Positions 23,256-37,285 of a stretch of 64,000 nucleotides of DNA are shown here, in pieces (position 1 is the first letter of the stretch; each line of letters starts with the position of its first letter). The notes below the pieces were generated by a model that was given only the letters and a program-made list of their open reading frames with translations, was not told the DNA's origin and searched no databases. Source of the DNA: Mobula hypostoma (Eukaryota). Position numbers and translations under genes: made by a program. Location of the stretch: positions 87,296,001-87,360,000 of the forward strand of contig NC_086099.1 in NCBI RefSeq assembly GCF_963921235.1, in the 5' to 3' direction.

Positions 23256-25739
23256 ATTTAAACTAGCTGGCTAGCTGCCAAGGAGCTACGCTATTGATGT
23301 CCTACGTGATGAGGCCAAACTCCCTGTAGACTTGCTTAAAGTTGTAATAGAATAAACATGATGATATAAGTACATATTTTAATGTTACATTTGCTGCATA
23401 TACCCAACTTGGTTTACAGATTAGACAAAATCACTAAACAAGGTATTACATACACCCTTGGAGGTCAACGGGGTGGGGGGGGTATGGGGTTGCAGGGGGC
23501 GGGGATGCTACCTCCCTGAAATGCGTTTTTGCAGGGTGGGATGTCTGCTATATGAAGAAATTTTGGATTGCAGAATGTTGCTATCAAGGCAGGTAAACAT
23601 GAAAGTATCAAGACCTGAAGAGTTTCTTGAATTTATTGTTCAGTATGGAGATGACAGCGTCTTCCCCAATCTTCGCATTGCTATTGAGATAATGCTAACC
23701 ATCGCAGTTTCCGTCGCCAGCTGTGGGAGATCACTCAGCAAGTTAAGACTGATACTTTCGTATTTGGGAGCCTCCATGGGTTAAGGCAGAGTCTGTGACC
23801 TTGCTCTGCTGAGTGTAGAAAGAGAAGAAACTGAAAAAACTGCCTTTGATCACATCATAGACCAATTTGCATCAGTGAAAGCAAGGAAGGTGCAATTATA
23901 ATTTTCATGTAGTGCCATAATTTGTTAATTAAAAGATTAACAAGCTTGACTTGTATTTTTGAGCTGATATTATGGTAAAGTTATCTAAAAGATGGGAGTC
24001 AGATATTTGGATGGGCGCAATTTCAGTGCTTCCCACAGGTGCTATTTTCCGTGGATACGCCCCTGTTGGCACATTGGCCTTCATAAATCAGTGTATTGTA
24101 CAGGAGAAGGGATGTTATGTTGTAGTTGTATAACACATCGGTGAGGCTAATGTGGAGTATTGTATGTAATTTTAGTCACCTACCTCCAGGAAAGATGTAA
24201 ACAAAGAGGAAAGAGTACAGAGGAAATTTACAAGGACATTGCCAGGTCTGGAAGACCTGGGTTATAAGAAAAGTTTGAATAGGTCAGGACTGTATTCTTT
24301 AGAACGTAGAAGATTGAGAGGAGATTTGATGGAGGTATACAAAATTATAAGGAGTACAGATAGGGTAGATGCAAACAGGCTTTATCCGCTAAGGTTGGGT
24401 GGGACTATAACCAGAGGTCATGGGTTAAGGGTGAAAGGTGAGAAGTTTAAGGGGAACATGGGAGTAATTTCTTCACTGGAGGGTCATGAAAGTGTAGAAT
24501 GAGCTGCCAGCACAAGTGATGCATGTGAGCTTAATTTCAATGTTCAAAAGAAGTTTATATACGTACTTGGATAGTAGGGATATGGAGTGCTATGGTCCTG
24601 TAGCAGGTTAATGGGAGTCGGCATTTTCAATGGTTTTAGCATGGACTAGGTGGGCCAAAGGGCTTGTTTCTGTGCTGTACTTCTCTATGACTATGACTCT
24701 ATAAACAAAGACAGACAAACAACCAATGTGAAAAAGAAGACATACCATGCAAGTAAAAATAACACTGAGAGTATGAGGTGTAAAGAATCTTTGAAAGTGG
24801 GTCTGTAAATGTCAGAAATTATAAAGGATGATCTGTTGGACATGTAAGTTGACGGGGTGGTAGGTTCAAGTTCAAGTTTAGTTGTTTTTCAACCATACAT
24901 GAATACCTATGAATACAGCCAGATGAAACAGTGTTACTCCAGGGCCAAGATACAAAACACAATACCAATAGTCATACACAGAACAAGGTACACATAGCAC
25001 ATGTAAGGTAGCAGTAAAATACAATCACACAAAAAAAATGGTCCAAGTCCCTGAGTCTATGAATGTTGCAGCAGTCTGCGGTTGGACATAATACATCTTG
25101 TCTTCTGCCGAATGACCAATGAAGAGCAGGGCTGACTCCAGCATGGATGCCATGTCACATTGCCTCTAGCACTCTGGTGGAGTGCACCAACTCCTTTGCC
25201 ACTCTCCTCGTCGGCCGCAAACAGGTAACACTGCAGCTTGAGGCCGAGACCTCAGCACAACCAGGGCCACGCGGTTCCCCCACTGTCTGGCCCTACTGTT
25301 CGCCAATAAACCAGTGAATCAGAATAACAGCATTCCACAATAACAATGTCCAACAGGGTCTTTTGATCACAAGAAAAGCGATGGAGATGACCACTTGTGG
25401 TTGGACTGCACACTTCATTGTCCCTCGGACAAAGGCACAGCAAGTCCAGCTCATTCAGTTTCTCTACCAATGAGCAATTTGCTGATAGGGTAGACATACA
25501 GTATTTAATGCCTAGTAGGGTCTTGTGATCATAAAAATATGCTTAAAAAAGACAATAACATCTTTGGTTAGCCCCATAGAAACCATTGCGTGTTAGCCTG
25601 TCACCATCTTACAGGAATTCTCCAGAAAGGTGAGCATGAGGACCCAATTCTTGTTCTGAGATAAAGGAAAAGGGGTATGAGCAAAGGTGTGGAAATTGCA
25701 TCTTGAGAAGATGAGAGCCTGATGGAAATTGCCATCAAA

Positions 25740-28100
25740 GATAATTGAACCTCCTTGTTCAGGAAATCAGATCGTCTGATGGTCCTTCTCCTACCTGCAT
25801 ATAGGCAGAGACTAAAGAGCAAAGCACTAAAGGTAAGGTCAATAAAGAAATGGTCACAGAAGGCAGAGGAGTGGCTACAGGACTGCTTCAAATGTGTGGA
25901 CTGGGCCATGTTCTTATGACTTAATTGTTTCCAGTTGTAATGGAATTTATAAAGCCACTCATTGATACAAAATCATTCAGAATCTTCCCCAACCAGAAAC
26001 CCAGGGTGAACCAAGAGATTTACAGTCTGCTGAGGGCTAGAAAGATGATGCTCAGGACAGGTGATCTGGGAAAATACAAGAGATCCAGGTATGATCTCCA
26101 GCAAGACATCTCACTTACAAAGTGGCAATTTTGGACTGAACTTGAGTCACGGAGGGATGCTCAACAATTGAGGCTGGGCTTGAACGTTCCCCAGAATGAA
26201 AGGTCAAGCACCATAAGATATAACAAGATTTTGCTCTCAGATGAATTCACTGTCTTTTTTGCTCACTTTGGCCAACGGAACATGGAGGCAACCCTCATAG
26301 CCCCCACCAACCTTATGATGTCGCTGTGATGAGATGGTTAGGACCCAAGTGCTGGAGTATCCAACACATTATGAGACAGAAACAGGACCAGATGCTGGAC
26401 AAGAATCCAAAGTAGAGCTGACGACTGAGCTCTGAACCTCAGTTCAGGTGCTCTTTAAATATCAAAATCCTGCCACCAAAACATGGCCGCCAATTAGTGG
26501 GGTAAGCCTGAATCTTTAAAAGTGCTGCGTCAGTTATCCATATTCTGGAGATTCAGAGCCTCTAAACCCTGGACGCAGTAATGGTCGGGTGAATATCATA
26601 ACACTCAGTCTCTGAAACCACCATGAGAGCATCTATCAGGAGGATGAATCCATGGAAATCATCTGGTCCTGAAAATGTACCCGGCCAAGTACTGGCTGGA
26701 GTGTTTACAAGCATCTTTAACCTCTTGCTTTGGCAGTCTGAGGTACCCACTTGCTTCAAGCAGACATCAATCATACCCATTCCCAAGATAGTCACAGAGG
26801 CATGCGGTGACCTGCCTCCATGATTACTGTCCAGTAGCACTTACACCCACTATGATGAAGTGCTTCAAGAGGCTGATCATGAAGCATACCATCTCCAGCT
26901 TGGGAAATGACCTGAATCTGCTCCAATTTGCCTACTATCACAACAGGTTAAAAGCAGGTGCCACTGCATTGGCTCTTCACTCAGCTCTGGACACCTGGAT
27001 AATGAAGACGCATACATTAAGATGGTCTTCATTGACGAGAGCTCAGCATTCAACACTATCATTCCCCTGAAACTCAACACTACCCTCCAAGACCTAGGTC
27101 TCAGTGTTTCCTTGCAACTGGATCCTCGTCTTCCTGACTTGCAGACTTGGATTGGCAACAACATCTCCTTCACACTCATCATCAGCAGAGGTGCACCACA
27201 AGGCTGTGTGCTTAGCCCCTTGCTCTAATTACTTTACATTCATGACCGTATAGTTATATAGCTATGCACAGATCTAATGCCATATTGAAGTTTGCTGACG
27301 CCACCACAGTCGTTGGCAGAATCGAAGGTGGTGACAAATCAGCATATAGGCGGGAGATTGAAAATCTGGTTGAGAGGTGCTACAACAACTTCTCACTTAA
27401 AGTCAGCAAAACCAAAGAGCTGATTATTGACCACAGGAGGGAGAACCCAGAGATCCATGAGCCAGTTCTCATTTGGGAAATGGAAGAGGAAGGGTCAGGA
27501 GCTTTAAGTTCCTTGTCGCCAACCTATCAGAGGATCTGTCCTGGGATGAGCTCATAAGTGCCATCACAAAGAAGGCAAACAGCACTTCTACTTTCTTAGA
27601 AGTTTGCGCAGATTCAGCATTTCACCAAAAACTTTGACAGACTTCTAAATGTCCACAGAGGAGAGTATCCTAATTGGTTACATCATGACCAGGGATGGAA
27701 GCACCAATGCCCAGGAATAGAAAAGGCTGCAGAAAGTAGTGGATACGGCCCATTCCATCACAGATGTAGCTGTCCCCACCACTGAGTACACTTACATGGA
27801 GTGCTGCCACAACCATCATCAAAGATCCTCACAGTCCAGGCCATGCCCTCTTTTTACTACCATCGGGCAGAAGGTACACCACCAGGTTCAAAAGCTCAGA
27901 AAAAATCAGAAGTAAATTTTATTATCAAAGTATATATATGTCTCCATATACAACTCAGAGGTTTATTTCCCTGTGGACATAGTCAATAAATCCATAGTAG
28001 AATAATAACCAAGATTCAATAACAGTTATGACCCTACAACCATAAGACCCTTGAACTAACATGGATAAAATCATTCACCACTACTTTGAGCTGATTCTAC
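25740..28100 (+). mobile_element. Rex1/Babar-type LINE, decayed
   Basis: FPNQKPRVN; VPTCFKQTSIIPIPK; DYCPVALTPTMMKCFKRL; SSAFNTI; GAPQGCVLSPLL; KFADATTVVG. Confidence 0.88.
26325..26603. mobile_element. about 280-bp insertion in the Rex1 element, possibly a solo LTR
   Basis: Non-LINE sequence bounded by tgtgat...ataaca interrupts colinear Rex1 sequence. No clear TSD. Confidence 0.4.
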
Positions 28101-30604
28101 AACCTGTTGGAGTGATTTTGGGTTTAGATCATTTACATTTAGTAAACGGCTTTGACTACCAGTCTTCTGCTCCTTGATAATGCATTGTGGTTTCAGTTTG
28201 GGACAATGCATTCCTAAAAGCTGTGCATCCCAGTCCAGACTGGTTGCCAAAACTGAATGTAAATATGCTGAACCCAAAAACTGTTCTAACAAGTGATTTT
28301 ATGGAAAATGTAAATGTTTCATCAGTAACAAAAATGCCTCTTTCATACTGATTTCTATAAATTAATTTATTGACATTTACTAAACTAAATTGCCACTTGG
28401 TGTTTGCAATGAATGAAGGCAAAACATTAACCAGAAGAACTGGATCAATGAGTTAGATATATCTGTTCTGAAAATGAATTAAATGTTTAATCCATATTAA
28501 AGTTAACTATAAGTATTTTGTTAATTGAGTAAAGAAACAGTGAGATAAAAGTACAAAAAAGTGATTGATAGATTTGAATTCGCATTGCAAAGCTCATTTT
28601 TGGATGGGTCAGATGAATTTTCAACTAATCTCAGAGTTTAGTGTAAGTGAAGCCATGTCCCACTGGCTAAAACCCAAGAATTTCAACTTACTGTTAGTTT
28701 CACAGCTGAATTCAAATTAATGTGTTAATGTTGTACTCTATTTCTTCCCTTGATAAATTCACAGTTTTGTGTTAAGTATTTTTTCTACCTACACTGTTGT
28801 AAACAGAAAAGTTAATTTTCTCAATATATTATTCATGAAACTAATTTAAATACATTTATGAATTCTTTCAATTGTTTCTTTCTAAATCTGTACTCTATAA
28901 CAACCAGTTCTCCCAAAAAAAAATCAAAATTCTGAATCTTTACTTATTTTTCCCTAACTAAATTAATTATTTGGAAGCTACTGACATGATGAAGGAAGCC
29001 CTGAACACTGCCAGAGATCAAGGACGTTCATTGTGCCCTGAATGCCAGTGAAAGAAATTAATCAGTTATTAAATTGTGTTTGCAGTCTTCTCAGTTAATC
29101 CATAGTTTCCGTCCCACAACTGTCTCATCATGTATCCAATAAATTAAACAGCTTGATTTATTGAATCTCATTTGTCTTTCAATCATTTACTTTTGTCCAC
29201 CATGAACAAATTCTCTAAGGGACAATTGCTTTACTAACTTCAAAGTATCATTGGTTGTCAGCTTGTAGTTTCTGTAGACTTTTATCATCTCTATTGTGAA
29301 TGACAACTGATCTCGCAAGTGAAGAATTCAAACATATACCATTTAGCAAATGGTCAAGATCCATAAATGCTTTTCAATTGTGTATAAAAATTATTTGTTC
29401 TGACTTCAGAACAGTGTGCAGAGTGGTGACAGAGACCTCGCTGTTCTTCCCGTGCACACGTGAGATAAAGTGTGTTTGAATAGTATGAGTATGTGTGTTT
29501 TGGGTCCAGTTATTTTATTTTTTTTATCGATAATGACAGTTACTTGCAAGTTCCACCGAGATGGCTAAACATTGACCTTGTCACATAGGAGAATGGAATT
29601 CAGCCCTAAATTTAGTCCTAAATCCTAGGCTGCTCATAGTTGAGCAAGGGACTGAATCTGTTGCTGGAATGCAACTTTACTTCTGTATGGAGAAGTCAAG
29701 GTATGCCAGCACCTTCATCACTAACATAGGAAAGCTGCAGTGTTAAAAAGTGGGTGCCCTGGTCTGAGTCAGGTCCCACGGAAGCACAGGAATAAATTGC
29801 TGTAGTCCAGGTTGAGTCCCATGCAAAGTTATCCTAGTCCTGGGTCGAGTCCAACAGGAAGGACAGGTAAAAGTTTCCCTGGCTTGGACTGGGTCCCACA
29901 GGAAGCACAGGAAAAAAATGGGAAGTGTGTTGTTACAAAAAGAGGGAATTCTGAAGGGTGTGTGCACACTGATTGTGCGTGTGTGAATGGTAATGTGAAA
30001 GTTCCCTGTCCTGGACTCCGGTAGCATGTATGCTTGTGCATTATGGACCGGAAAGCATTAAGTATGTTGAGAAGTATATTATATGGGTGGAATGCACTAA
30101 GTGAGTGGCTGCAGACCTGTTGTTAGGGAAAGGAAAATGTGAGGAGACTGTAGGGTGGTCTGTGTTTGTTCAATGTAGATGTGAAATGCAAAAACAGTTA
30201 GACGAATCTTATAAAAAGACAGAGAAAGTGAGTAAAAGTTAACAAGAAAAAGACACAGAAAGAACAGGCAGGGTACAATAGTGCCTACCTCAGTGTTTGA
30301 AAAGAAACAATTAGCACCAGAGTCTGAGGATGAACTAGATGCTGTACCTCTGCCTTCCATGGGCATGGTTTCAACAAGGCCCATGTCAAGTGGTGCCTCT
30401 TGAGTATTTGGTGAGGCCTGCATCGGCCAGTGCCCTGCACAGGCTATGGTTCCCAATAGCATTCTGGGAGAAGGGAGATGGAGGGGTGTGGACAAGATGT
30501 GTGAAATGCTGATTTGAATACCATGAACTAATCTAGCAGGAGCTCTAAGAAAATGTTTCCCTAGCACTGTAGATGGGCATAAAAATAGCAGAGTTGGAGA
30601 GAAG

Positions 30605-32987
30605 ACAAACAGCACCTTTAAATTCCTTGGTGTTATCATTTCAGAGAATCTGTCCTGGGTCCTGCTCGTAAGTGATGTTGAAAAGAAAGCATGGCAGCAC
30701 CTCTACTTAGAAGTTTGCGAAGATTTGGCATGCTATCTGAAACTTCGACAAACTTCTATAGAGATGTGGTGGAAAGTATGTTAACTGGTTGTATCACAGC
30801 CTGGAATGGAAACACCAATGCCCTTGAATGGAAAAACCTATGAAAAGTAGGGGTTTACAGCCCAGTCCATCATGGGTAATGTCCTCCACACACCATTGAG
30901 CACATCTACATGGAGTGCTGTCGCAGGAAAGCAGCATCCATTATCAAGGATCCCCTCCATCCAGGCCATGCTTTTTCCTCACTGCTGGCATGAGGAAGGA
31001 GGTATGGGGACACATCACCAGGTTCAGGAACAGTTATTACTCCTCGATCATCAGGCTCTTGAACCAGCAGGGATAACTTCATTCAACTTCACTCAATCCC
31101 ATCTCTGAATTGTTCCCACAACCTATGGACTCACTTTCAAGGACTCTTCATCTCATGTTCTCAAGATTTATTTCTTATTTATTATTATTATCTTATTTTT
31201 ATTTTTATTCTCAGCTCAAGCCTGGTAAAACCTGAGGTACAGGCATCACCAAGCACACTCATTTCTCAATTGCTAGGAACTTTCAGTTTATTCTAGTGGT
31301 GTTTAGTATTGTGGCTTTCTGGAGATTTACATAAATATTGCTGTGTAGACCAAATTGTTTAATGCTGTTGTGTAGTGACTGGGACGATACAAGTTGTGGA
31401 TATTACTATCGGGACAATGTATATCTTGTTCATGATCCATCCTCTTTCAATTTCCTCCTTAAATTCAGCACATTTCTGGTGTTTTTCACTTACTGATTTT
31501 TGTATGTTATGTGTGTTTGGAGTAGCTATATCTATAAAGTAAGTTGTTTTTGTTTGTTTATTCTGTAATATTATATCTTGACAGTTGTTATGGATTGTAA
31601 TAATGGATCGGTCATAATGTAGTATGTGGGACTCTGACTCAAACTGGATTAGGCTCGTACTTACAGTAAGGTGTCTTCTATGAGTTTGTATTTTAAAGCA
31701 AGATTTTGGTGAATGATGTTTGCCGGTTGATTGTACCTGTGGAAGTAATCACATTGAGTTCAACTGCTGCAGAAACCTACAATGTTTTGGATTGTTTCTG
31801 GTTTCTCTTGGCATTTTCTGCATTTATCATCTTGAATTTGTTAGTGTTTTATTATGTGTTTGTGATAATCTTTTGGTTAACCAGCTGGTCCTGTCTGGCC
31901 ACAAGGAGCCCATATATTTCTGGGCAGAGGTCCCCAACTCCGAGCCAGGCATTCAAGCTTCCTTGTCAACATCTCGTCTGCTCAGATTGTTGGGATATCT
32001 TCCACAGGGAGTCATGCTCTTCCATTGGTTACCTGTTTTTTTGGGCTGTGCTTTTATTAAAGTTTAGTGGTGTGTACTTCTTATGACATATGCTCGCGTG
32101 GACTGCTGAATCCTATTTCCATTAATAAAAATTTATCCTTACAAGTTTTATCTGACTGTTGTGTGAAGTTTTAATGTCTGTTATTCCTCTTCTTCCTTCT
32201 GTCCGAGGTTGTGTTAATGTAAGCGTGTTCAGGTGTACACAGTGTTTTCTAAAATTTGTCATTTCAGTTCTTACTTTTCTTTGTAAATTTTCCAGATTGG
32301 TTTCAGACCAAGATATTATGCCAAAAGAATACAATAGTACAGGTATAGTGAAAGTGTTGATTGCCTTTGTTATATTTTACAATTGAGCTCTTTTTGGCAG
32401 ATTTTCTTAAGCCTTGAAGTAAATTCTTTCTCGCACTATGATCTATTTTTTTGTTGATATCCCTGCTGTTTACAGGTTTCATGTTTACCCATCGGTTGTA
32501 CTGTATCCTGCTGCTCTGTTTTATATTCTATTAGCTGCATCGCACCTTTCTTTGTACTTAAAGTTCTGCACTTATCTAGTCCATAGTTCATGCTTATTTC
32601 TTTAGAATTAATTGCTTTAGCTTTACTGATGAAGGAGCATATCATTTTAAGTCGTTCACATATACTGTAGGTGTGTCAAGGTATAAATCGTTTGGTTGTC
32701 TCTGATTTTTGTCGGATTCAGTAAATTAGACCCCAGTTAAAGCTGGACAAAACCATAGTGGGCTTTGAGAGCTGCCCTGGAAAATGCTTTGGTTTACTTT
32801 GATAACAGTGATTGTTAATAGATAGGGTAATTATAGTATGCCACTGTTTCATCAGTATAATAATAATTATTATTATTTTGATTCTATTGTGTTTTTGTTG
32901 TTTTTACTGTAAATACTCACAAGTGCTGTATGTGGTGATAGGTATGTATTTTGATAATAAATTTACTTTGAACTCTGAACTTTGAAC
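30605..32987 (+). mobile_element. Rex1-type LINE 3' end, split by the R4/Dong element
   Basis: tttaaattccttggtgttatcatttcagag... 3' ORF remnant up to about 31190. The 3' UTR resumes at about 32867 and ends aataaatttactttgaactctgaactttgaac. Confidence 0.8.
31195..32860 (-). mobile_element. R4/Dong-like non-LTR retrotransposon (restriction-like endonuclease), 5'-truncated
   Basis: Minus-strand remnants: IFQGSSQSPLWF and GLDKC (RT); YSFGIISWS...PRTEGRRG; CRKCQEKPETIQNI (zinc knuckle); DIILQNKQKTTYFIDIATP...EKHQK (PD-(D/E)xK region); ILNTTRI..KFL stop; AAT-rich tail. Confidence 0.8.
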
Positions 32988-34039
32988 ACATGCATAAATG
33001 TTTTCAAAAATAGTCTGGATTAACTCTAGAAGTGGGGACATCCATCCTAATAAATGTTACTGTAAATAAATTGCAATCTAGGTTAAAGGAAAACATATGC
33101 TGTTACTTATGGGAAATGAGAAGCGTTAAATAAAATTGCAAGTGTTTTACAATATTGCAAAAGCAACTACAACTTCAAAAGATTAAAGCTGTTAAGTGGA
33201 ATAGGGATGATACTTGTGTGAGACTTCCTGACTTTTCTGCTATAGCGCCGGGCAATAATGTATATCATTTGTAAAGTATTGTGATAGCTGTCCCAAACAA
33301 TTTGAATGTTAACTTAACTTATAACTTTGGTTTATATTTAACAAAATTTTCAGTGACCAAGTTTTGGCTAATCATTATCAGATTAACTTCTGTTGAGAAT
33401 TTCACTGTAAACTTTGTCTTTAACATTACCTGCTTTACACACGTGGCTCATGTGATCTGCTAGTGACTAGTAATTTTTGTTGTGAACAGCAAAGACATAT
33501 TTCAGATAATGCTATTCTAAATGTATGATTTTTATAGTTGTTTGATTCCCACCATTAATCCTGGAAATGGGATGGTAGACACAGTAGAGGTAAAACATTA
33601 CAATGTCTGTGAGGGGTGTGTTTTGTTCAGCCTGGCCACTGGTCTCAAAGATGCTCTCAGGCGAAGGCAAATTTGATAACAGTTTCTGGCTCCATTGCTA
33701 TCAGCATCATAGACTACACAATTTACTTTAAATAATCCATTTCTGAACTGTATGGAAGAACTTGTATACTTTTAATTCTGGCCTGTTGTAAAATTTCCCA
33801 TATGTTACTTTCTTTGACTTTTCCACCACCTCATTTAGCAGCAGAAGTGGCAGAGTTACCTTAGCTCCTGTTCTACTCAAGCAGCTGAACCATTTTACCT
33901 GAATGAAAGCCTGCATCATTGCAGCTGGATCCCATTATGTCTTAGGAGTAACACATGACAATGAACAATTATGGAAACCACATGGGTTTCTCACCCCTTC
34001 GGAACGCCAATAAAATGCAGTAAATCTTTTCCTACATGG

Positions 34040-35185
34040 AAACATAGAAATCTACAGCACATTACAGCGTCTCTTAAAATACCCTATCGTATCCGCCTCC
34101 ATGCACCCACCACTCTCTGTGAGGCCTCATGTACCACCTAGGCACTAAGGGTTCAGACGACTACAACCACTTTCTGTGTGAAAAACTTACCTCTGACATC
34201 CCCCTTTTACCTACTTCCAAGTATCTTAAAAGCTATGCCCCCTCGTGTTAGCTATTTCAGCACTGAGGAAAAGCCTCTGGCTATCCACACAATCAATGCC
34301 TCTCATCATTTTATAAACCTCTCATCCTCCATCACTCCAAGGAGAAAAGGCCAAGTTCACTCAACCTATTCTCATAAGGCATGCTCTCCAAACCAGGCAA
34401 CATCCTTGTAAATCTGCTCTGCAATCCCTATAGTACCCAGATCCTTCCTGTAGTGAGCTGACCAAAACGGAACACTGTACTCCAAGTGGCATCTAACTAA
34501 AGTCCAATATAGCTTTAACATTACCTCACGGCTCTTGAACTCAATTCCACGGTTGATGAAGGCCATCACACCACACGCCTTCTTAACAACGCTGTCAACC
34601 TGCGCAGCAGTTTTGAATGTCCTATGGACTTGGACCCCAAGATCGCGCTGATCCTCCACACTACCAAGAGTCTTACCATTGACATTATATTCTGTCTTCA
34701 AGTTTGACCTACAAAATGAACCACTTCACACTTATTTGGGTTGAACTCTACCACTTCTCAGCCCAGTTCTGCACCCTATCGATGTCGAGCTGTAACTTCT
34801 TACAGGTTCTGTAACTGTAACATATATGCAGGTCCTCCATGCAGAATACAAACCATCTACAACTACCCTTTGCCTTCCGTGGGAAAGCTAATTCTAGATC
34901 CACAAAGCAAGGTCTCCTTGGATTCCATGCCTCCTTACTTCCTGAATGAACCTTGCATGGGAAACATTATCAAATTCCTTACTGAAATCCATTTACACTA
35001 CATCTACTGCTCTACCTTCATCAATATATTTTGTTACATTCTCAAAGAATTCAATCAGGCTCGTAAGTTATGTTTTGCCCTTGACAAAGCCATGCTGACT
35101 ATTCCTAATCAGCTACTCATAAATGCTCATAAATCCTGCCTCTCAGGATCCTCTCCAACAACTTGCCCACCACTGGAGTAAGACT
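34040..35185 (-). mobile_element. CR1 LINE 3' fragment inside ERV pol
   Basis: EDQRDLGVQVH...LYWTLVRCHLEYSVPFWS; tail ctatgtttc at about 34040. Confidence 0.85.
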
Positions 35186-36389
35186 TTTCAATGAGTTACT
35201 TCAGTTCATTGTTATAGACTATGTGGCTCATAGTAATGGGAATGATGAAAGAGCTAGAAGGAACAAACGAGCTGATTCCTTTGCTAAGGCAGGAGTAGTA
35301 TTAGCATCCAGAGTGATCAGGCTGCCAATACTTTCTAAATTCTTTGACAAACTAGTACAATTACAGCATGAGGCATCAGTGGCTGAAAAGACCTTATGGA
35401 CTAAAGGACTTTATGTGCAAGAGAGACTATAAAGGATAATGGGTATAATTGAAATTGAGAGATTCTTGACCATAGCAAGAAACGTAACAGCAACTGTATG
35501 ATCTGCCAGAGACATAATCCCGAAAGACACTGCCAGTATCTGCCAGTGCTGCAACCTCCCCCAGGGGGTTATTTGAGGATCTCCAAATGGACCTTATTCA
35601 GTTACCTAAAATAATGGGTTGTGATTATGTACTTTCTATCGTTTTTGATATCTCCATGGGTAGAAGTTTATCAAACTCAGAGAAATGATGCTGTAACTTA
35701 CTGAATCTCTGATTACCAGAAACTATTCCTATGTTTGGAATCTCTAAGAAAATCTCAAGTGATGGCGGTCCTCATTCTACTGGTAAAGCTATATAGGAGT
35801 TGACAAAGCCTTGTACTGTAAACACCATTTCACCTGCTCTTACCACTATCAATTTAATGAGACAGCCGTGAAATGCAGGTTAGCTAAATTGTGTGATGAG
35901 ACCAAGCTAACGTGGCTACAGATGCTTTCACTGGCTCTTACGACAATGTGCTTCACTCCAAACTGTGTAACAGGCCAATCTCCATGTGAAATATTTTGGA
36001 ACATCCTATGAGCTTGTCAGTCGCTCTGCCCTTTTTAATTACACAGATGCTCATCCACACTATGAGTGAAAGCATGTTGCATTATTGTATAGCACTAACA
36101 CAAGTTCTTAACAGTTCCCATCAACAGGTACCTGAAGCCCAGAAGATCTGCAGGGTGCCACTCCTACTGGATGGGAGATTGGGTACTGGTGAGAGCCTAC
36201 TGATGAATGAACTTCCTGGAACCCCGCTGGGGAGGTCCATTCCTAGTGTTGCTGACCATGTACACCACTCTAAGGGTCCAATGTGGATATATACCTCACA
36301 CATTAGGCTAGTGGTGCCACCAGACCAGGGATCGGATGGCCAGAAGAACCTTGATGGTAAGGACTAATGAATTGAATTTGACCACCTTG

Positions 36390-37285
36390 AATGATCAACA
36401 TGTGTTGTGTTTTGGACAGTCTGTGCATTTGTTTTCTGAACTACCTCATGACACCAACACTCTGAACACTTTATCTTAGCTATGAATATGCATGATGTGC
36501 TAATCGGTCAAGTTGTTGGGTATGCTGCTGAGGACCTATATATTCAGAAGGTGACTTACCAGTGTGTGTTGCTTTGATCCCACAACTATGACTGTAAAGG
36601 AAGCAAGGGACTGCACTCCCATTGGAACGATTCTTGGAACTGTTTTGACGGTTGATATCAATGCTCTGCTCTGACGCTGGTTCATGGCAATAGGGGTGAA
36701 GTATGTTACTGTAGCCATCAAGGGACAGGACTAGATTTAGGTAACAATACGTGCAATGTCAATACTATCGGTGACACTCTGAATCTTGTCAATGGTAATT
36801 ACTAGATATGTGGCTATCAGGCCTATCAATGGCTGCCGGAGTACCTCTCCTATAATGGGATCTTTGGCCTGAAGCAAAGCTGTGGCGAGGTTGTTGTTAT
36901 CTGGCTTATGTAGTACCACAGATGTATCACATTCCTACTCTCTCTACATCATGCTGTGTGGGCAGCCATTGAAGGGCTATGGTGTCTGAGTACTTCTGGA
37001 TTGTACTGTTCCTGTTCTGGGGTTCTGGAAACTGGCTCACAAGAGCATTAGTATGGTTTCAGCAATGAGGAAATTGGCTAATGATACAGCCTTAGTGACT
37101 TATGGTATGAACCAGGTCACCAATGACATTGCTGCTGAAATACAGGCAATCCACACTGCAGCCCTTCAAAACCAGCTAGTGCTGGACTTCTTGTTACCCA
37201 AGAGAGGTGGTACTTGTGCCGCTATTAACCAGGAGTGTTGTACGTACAGTACATCCCTGACATCAACAGCCAACTGTCCCTGATG
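36390..37285 (+). pseudogene. retroviral env remnant (gamma-type SU/TM)
   Basis: NRSSCWVC (CWVC at 36514-36525); NGNY*ICGYQAYQWLP; LQNQLVLDFLLPKRGGTCAAINQECCTY. Multiple stops and frameshifts. Confidence 0.88.

Larger units (their letters stand above)
21903..23547 (+). mobile_element. non-autonomous DNA transposon (probable hAT), TIR cagacatcccacc
   Basis: Ends cagacatcccacc / ggtgggatgtctg. TSD ctatat. It interrupts the host transposase at QLY|EE. Sister copy at 61709-62369. Confidence 0.88.
19388..24065 (+). mobile_element. hAT (Tip100/ZMYM1-like) DNA transposon with pseudogenised transposase
   Basis: TIRs cagtggcgtatc / gatacgcccctg. Perfect 8-bp TSD ttggcaca. Transposase pieces: WLVYSPSKKSTFCICC (TTF-type zinc finger), NLAL*GHRE...GNFLGLL (DUF4371-like), D.TPD..H.EQ, SQCYDNAAVM, CDNHSFNL, TRWSAR, and the C-terminal dimerisation domain FPNLRIA...VSVASCGRSLSKL at 23548-23901. 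Confidence 0.95.
18835..24702 (+). mobile_element. CR1 LINE 3' portion (18835-19387 and 24066-24702), host of the hAT nest
   Basis: DKVPHGRL; WRPVPSDVLKGSVL; SKFVDDTKI; SLERRRLRGDLMEVYKI; tail ctctatgactatgactctat. Confidence 0.88.

Noticed and set aside
37053-37283. Captured syncytin-like env gene
   Set aside because: Only 76 codons are open. SU is broken by stops and frameshifts, and no transmembrane anchor is evident.
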